In this document: positions 60,980 to 64,000 of the stretch, one piece after another
Layout of the letters: each line of letters opens with the position of its first letter
How positions within the stretch are numbered: the first letter of the stretch is position 1
DNA from: Toensbergia leucococca
Lineage: Eukaryota
Direction: 5' to 3'
DNA: 64,000 bases
Assembly: GCA_022813965.1 (NCBI GenBank)
Contig: JALDZS010000029.1
Span: forward strand, 62,001-126,000
The notes under the pieces: model-generated
The model's input: only the letters and a program-made list of their open reading frames with translations
Told to the model about the DNA's origin: nothing
Database searches by the model: none
Made by a program: the position numbers and the translations under genes

Positions 60980-62083
60980 TCAAATCCTTCCAATCACCAG
61001 TTCGAGATGAAAAGATGGCCGATAGATAGGTAGTCGATAGATCGTCTAGACTCTAGAGCTAGAGTGGAGTGGCTCGAGTGGCTAGAATATTGCCAAGCCG
61101 ATGACAAAAGAGACATGGAGGAATTCATCATTCATCCCAACTGCACGAGACCTTCTGGTATTTCTGACCACTCACTAAGGTACGGTACCTACCCTCCTAC
61201 CTACCTTAGTGGCCCTACCAAAGTCAACCTTCTCTCATGACTTACTAATGACTTTTCTCTCGATATTATTTTCCTGACGGCAGTCTCTATTCAGATTCCA
61301 GCAAACCCAAATCGTACTCACAACTCTGTTCTAAGTACTCGTACCTAGTCGACAAGGGAGTTCTTTGCAAAGTTTTCTTCATTCTCACCTACTCCTAGGT
61401 TGAAATTTTGAACGGATTTTCTGGTGCAATTAAAGTGGATCATAAGATGTCGGAGGTATTCTATGAGCTGCTAATAAATAATAATGACTGTGGGCCCGGT
61501 GGGGTAGAACAAAAGCGAAGATTGACATAAGAATTGATCCCTAAGAGCAAAGAGAGACGAAACCTTCATCGCATAAATGTGGCTGATGCTGACACTTCTC
61601 ACCACTCGAGCCGTCTTGATCTTGTCTCATTGAGGTAGTACGGATTACGGAGTAGGTAGTGTCACATCAGTAAATAGAACTATTGCAACACACCATCCAT
61701 CGTTATATTCCTGGCACGCGTGTCGCTGACAAACCATCTACGTCAGAGCGGCATCATTATTCCGTTATCCAATGGTTTGAAAGGCCTTTCACCTTTTACA
61801 GGACTTGCCTGACTAAGTGCTGCATCGTACTCTATGACCCTGACTGATACTGTAATCTGCTTCTAAGTGTCATGTGAATTCTCTCACCGTCTTTGGGATA
61901 ATCACACTCGTAGGCTGCGGATACACTGACACTCTTTCTTGGTATCTAGAACACGTTTCTTCAAAGCAAAGCAAACTGTTCATAAACCAAACATGTGTTA
62001 TTCAGAGAATTATCAATGTACCAAAGAGGGGTGTCGGTGTATTAGTAGCCAACTAATATGGGTTAGCTGCGGTGCAATGGTAC

Positions 62084-63439
62084 CTATGAAGAATCCCTTC
62101 TCGTCTCTACATCGACAATCTCTTTAATCCATTGTTGGACCTTTTCGGCTATCACCTCACTGTGATCTAGTTGGTGATCCCAATACTTTAGCACGAGTAC
62201 ATCTCAAGGGATGCTAAACTCACCAATACAAAAGCTGTGTGGGATGCTGTCCTGATCGATCAACATGTACGGCCCCCGATTTTCTCGACCCAATCCGGTG
62301 CGCTTTATTGATTGGGAAGTCCGGGCCGCTATCAATTCGTCTCGTGTTTGATTTGCGACCCAGTGATCCTAACGTGCCATGAATAAAATACGGAGCATGG
62401 AGAAAAGCAGATCAGTCTTACTTCCTTACCCCAATAGAATACAAGCTGTGGGCTTGCAGTATCCTGTTCAGCCTCTTTGGGTTTGCCAGTAGCTCCCCAG
62501 ATTTCTTCTTGCCATTTGTCTCCAGTAATCATCAGCATCTCGTCTTTAGCCAGGTGTCTGTAATTGAAATATTAGTAAAGTCCTCTACATGCAGATTTCG
62601 TCAAATCAGAGAATAGTTGGACATATAGACTTACAAAGCTTGTCTAACACCAATCGGGCTCTGGATGAATGCAGTGGTTGTTTTCGCTGCATGCATTGGG
62701 AAAGCCGTGACTAGTTTGACAATTTCATAAAGTATAGCTATAGGAACAACAAACACCAAAGTGCGGACTAATATGCCAGCAACAAGGGCCAAATGGGGTA
62801 TTCGACATAATTTCTAGGCGGTCTCAGAATATCACCAGGCACGGTCGGAGTGTGCCAGAAGTGCATCAACGGTGGACTCACACTGAAGACAAGGCCGGAA
62901 GACGATTTGCTGAGGTGTGTAATGGTAGGGAATAGCAAAATTCCACCAACGATTTGAAAGTCTTCCCTGCCACTCTTTACATTCATGAGGTGACGGGAGA
63001 TGATTTCAAGTAGTATAAAACTCCCCACAGAATGTCCTATCAGGATGACTTTAGGTGCCATTTCGCTTCTATTACTTGGTAATGGCGGTCTAATCAGTCG
63101 CACTTCTTTATGCAATAGAATCTCAATCCTCAGAATCTGATCCTGGAGTCCAGCTGGGAGCGTGCATATCATTTCATCTTGTGTTTTTAAAGTATCAAAA
63201 CCAGCCAAAGAAAAACCGCAGATGTGGAAACGAGTTGAGGATGAGGAAAAGGAAGTAGAGAGGAGAGATTTCAAGGTTGCCAAGAAAGGTTCGTAATAGG
63301 ATATCAGACCTGGATTACCCGTTATGAAAAACACGAGGATGTCTTCTGTCTCGATGCCATCAAGAATAGGTCGAGCTGAGTACCGAAGTACATTTTTTAT
63401 TTCGGCAGAAAATCCTGAGGGGGGTCTGACAGATTCCAT
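62084..63439 (-). CDS. Lipid droplet-associated hydrolase (LDAH/DUF2305 alpha/beta hydrolase), multi-exon
   Basis: VFFITGNPGLISYYEPFL; nucleophile motif ILIGHSVGSFI; LLFPTI; downstream exons FYWGKE|DHWVA and IPHSFCI|DHSEVIAEKV. Confidence 0.88.
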
Positions 63440-64000
63440 TGGGATAGGCAAGTATCTAAGCTGTTGTACGCAGAAGACTCGGTCCTAGAAGCATATGATA
63501 TGAACATTGGAAAGGTACCTAGGCTACAGAAGCAACTTCGGTCAAAAAAGATAAGATTTCTCTGGTCAACGGTACAAAAGCTATCAATTTCGTAAAGCTC
63601 ATAGAAATTCAGTGAGGAAAGAGGTTCGCAGGAAGTAAAGAGCCCCCCGAGCCCCCCTATTCATTTTCAACACGAAAACCTCGCCTAATTTCCTCACATT
63701 CGGCCTCAGGTGGTGCATGATGCTGGAATAGGCTCTTCATCCCCAAACCGAGTGAAACTAGACTCACAACATTCCTCAAGTATTCAATCATTGATGAACT
63801 CTATAGGTCTACAACTTTGTACCTTATGGCTCTCCTCGACGCATATCATTTAGACAACTTCGAACCACGGGCTAAATCTGCATGACTGGCAACAAGCATG
63901 TCACCTCCGCGGCCATCTAGAAGAAAAATGACGGCGGACAAAAGGCTCATTAGACGTCTAATGCCCATAGTCACAAATCATGATTGAAGCTTCATCATAC

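Noticed and set aside
62221..62370. Apparent frameshift in the LDAH 3' exons
   Set aside because: Careful re-translation shows the frame is intact after splicing (DHWVA...ENRGPYMLIDQDSIPHSFCI).

Overview
This is a gene-dense window from a filamentous ascomycete (Pezizomycotina) nuclear genome, with short GT-AG introns and CTRAC/CTAAT branch points. It holds about 22 protein-coding genes. Most are conserved housekeeping or developmental genes: HIS4 (partial), a Munc13/C2 protein, NDUFB8, SWR1, a MIZ/SP-RING protein, BOI1, a NAM8/Csx1-type RRM protein, DSK2, noxA, noxD, TDG, RRP7, SNRNP40, BET3, SOM1/FLO8, a dsRBM protein, an arrestin-like protein and LDAH. The most notable feature is in the NAM8-like gene, which appears to end in a nested [D1,2] twin intron (stwintron). 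Removing a 60-nt intron creates both a stop codon (AAG|TAA) and a new donor (G|TAAGG). That donor is the only nearby one in phase with a distal exon encoding a Nam8-type C-terminal tail, so this is a candidate two-step splicing switch in a splicing regulator. Other notable items are noxA and its p22phox-like partner noxD lying head-to-head, a spliced ~153-aa tandem SH3/Tudor-like gene missed by the ORF track next to a DUF6594-like gene, a ~630-bp foldback MITE-like element upstream of HIS4, and two microexons. All gene models were read by eye and no database searches were run.
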